Source: Eledone cirrhosa (lineage: Eukaryota). Taken from it: a stretch of 64,000 nucleotides of DNA. Made by a program: the position numbers and the translations under genes. Positions 63,801-64,000 of this stretch are shown in pieces (within the stretch, counting starts at the first letter, position 1; every line of letters begins with the position of its first letter). Below the pieces are notes generated by a model. The model did not search any database. It worked only from the letters and a program-made list of their open reading frames with translations, and was not told where the DNA came from. The stretch covers positions 24,056,001 through 24,120,000 of the forward strand of contig OZ024753.1 of the NCBI GenBank assembly GCA_964016885.1. The letters are read 5' to 3'.

Positions 63801-64000
63801 TGTAATGTCTGTTGTTATGTCTGTGTTGTATTTTGTTTTTTGTAATGTATGTTGTTATGTCTGTGTTGTATGTATTGTAATGTCTGTTGTTATGTTTGTG
63901 TTGTGTTGTATCTATTTTAATGTATGTTGTTATGTCTGTGTTGTGTTGTATGTAATGTAAAGACTGTGTTGTGTTGTATGTAGTGTAATGTCTGTTGTTA
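45878..64000 (+). repeat. Copy 2 of the macro-duplication (truncated by window end; 64000 corresponds to 41565)
   Basis: Dozens of consecutive ORF translations are identical at a constant offset, e.g. 33321/55756, 37452/59887 and 41325/63760. Confidence 0.95.
47088..51453 (+). repeat. 2183-bp tandem duplication nested in copy 2 only
   Basis: Offsets 47278/49461, 47535/49718, 48364/50547 and 48850/51033 equal 2183, and 20252+2183=22435. The junction is at ~49271-49304. Confidence 0.92.

Larger units (their letters stand above)
1..64000 (+). repeat. TG-rich satellite DNA array; 35-bp consensus monomer TAATGTCTGTTGTTATGTCTGTGTTGTGTGTATTG with 40-bp (+TTGTG) and minor length variants
   Basis: The motif TATTG-TAATGTCTGTTGTTATGTCTGTG or a close variant recurs every ~28-43 bp from the first to the last line. 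No unique sequence and no change of orientation was seen. The array runs off both window edges. Confidence 0.99.

Noticed and set aside
176-63960. Many Cys/Val-rich + strand ORFs resembling metallothionein, keratin-associated or membrane peptides
   Set aside because: They are direct translations of TGT/GTG/TTG repeats. They overlap in all frames, frame shifts with each 35/40-bp monomer, many start at TTG/GTG, and none exceeds 137 aa.
1-64000. CRISPR-like array (35-40 bp periodicity)
   Set aside because: There are no unique spacers, as monomers abut directly, and no leader or cas genes are present.
1-64000. Canonical telomeric repeat or G-quadruplex array
   Set aside because: No TTAGGG, TTAGG or TG1-3 tracts were seen. 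GGG/GGGG runs are isolated and far apart, and monomer heterogeneity with kb-scale duplications does not fit synthesis from a single telomerase template.
1-64000. Bisulfite-converted or low-complexity sequencing artefact (very low C)
   Set aside because: Non-CpG cytosines are retained at fixed monomer positions (GTCT), A is also depleted, and rare variants are reproduced exactly at kb-scale offsets, which noise would not do.
1-64000. Variant-cassette reservoir for antigenic variation or a diversity-generating system
   Set aside because: There is no expression locus, recombinase, reverse transcriptase or conserved reading frame in the window. Ordinary satellite recombination explains the mosaicism.

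Overview
The whole 64 kb window is one uninterrupted, single-orientation TG-rich tandem satellite array. I see no genes, RNA genes, transposons or CRISPR. The consensus monomer is 35 bp, TAATGTCTGTTGTTATGTCTGTGTTGTGTGTATTG (19 T, 10 G, 4 A, 2 C). A very common 40-bp variant carries one extra TTGTG pentamer, and 28, 34, 38 and 43 bp variants are rarer. All ORFs in the track are translations of the repeat, but their recurrence gives exact duplication offsets. The array is organised hierarchically: ~12-bp subunits, 35/40-bp monomers, a conserved order of diagnostic variant monomers, kb-scale higher-order repeats (offsets 233, 1472, 2183, ~2.2-2.5 kb, 2636, 3321, ~3.5 kb, ~4.2 kb, 8413 bp), and a near-identical ~20.25 kb tandem duplication. 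That duplication spans ~25.6-45.9 kb and repeats from ~45.9 kb to the window end, with a nested 2183-bp duplication. The source is probably eukaryotic heterochromatin (centromeric or subtelomeric), but I cannot determine organism or function from the sequence. I found no support for a novel protein-coding system; the interest lies in the repeat architecture. Boundaries were read by eye and are approximate to within about one monomer.
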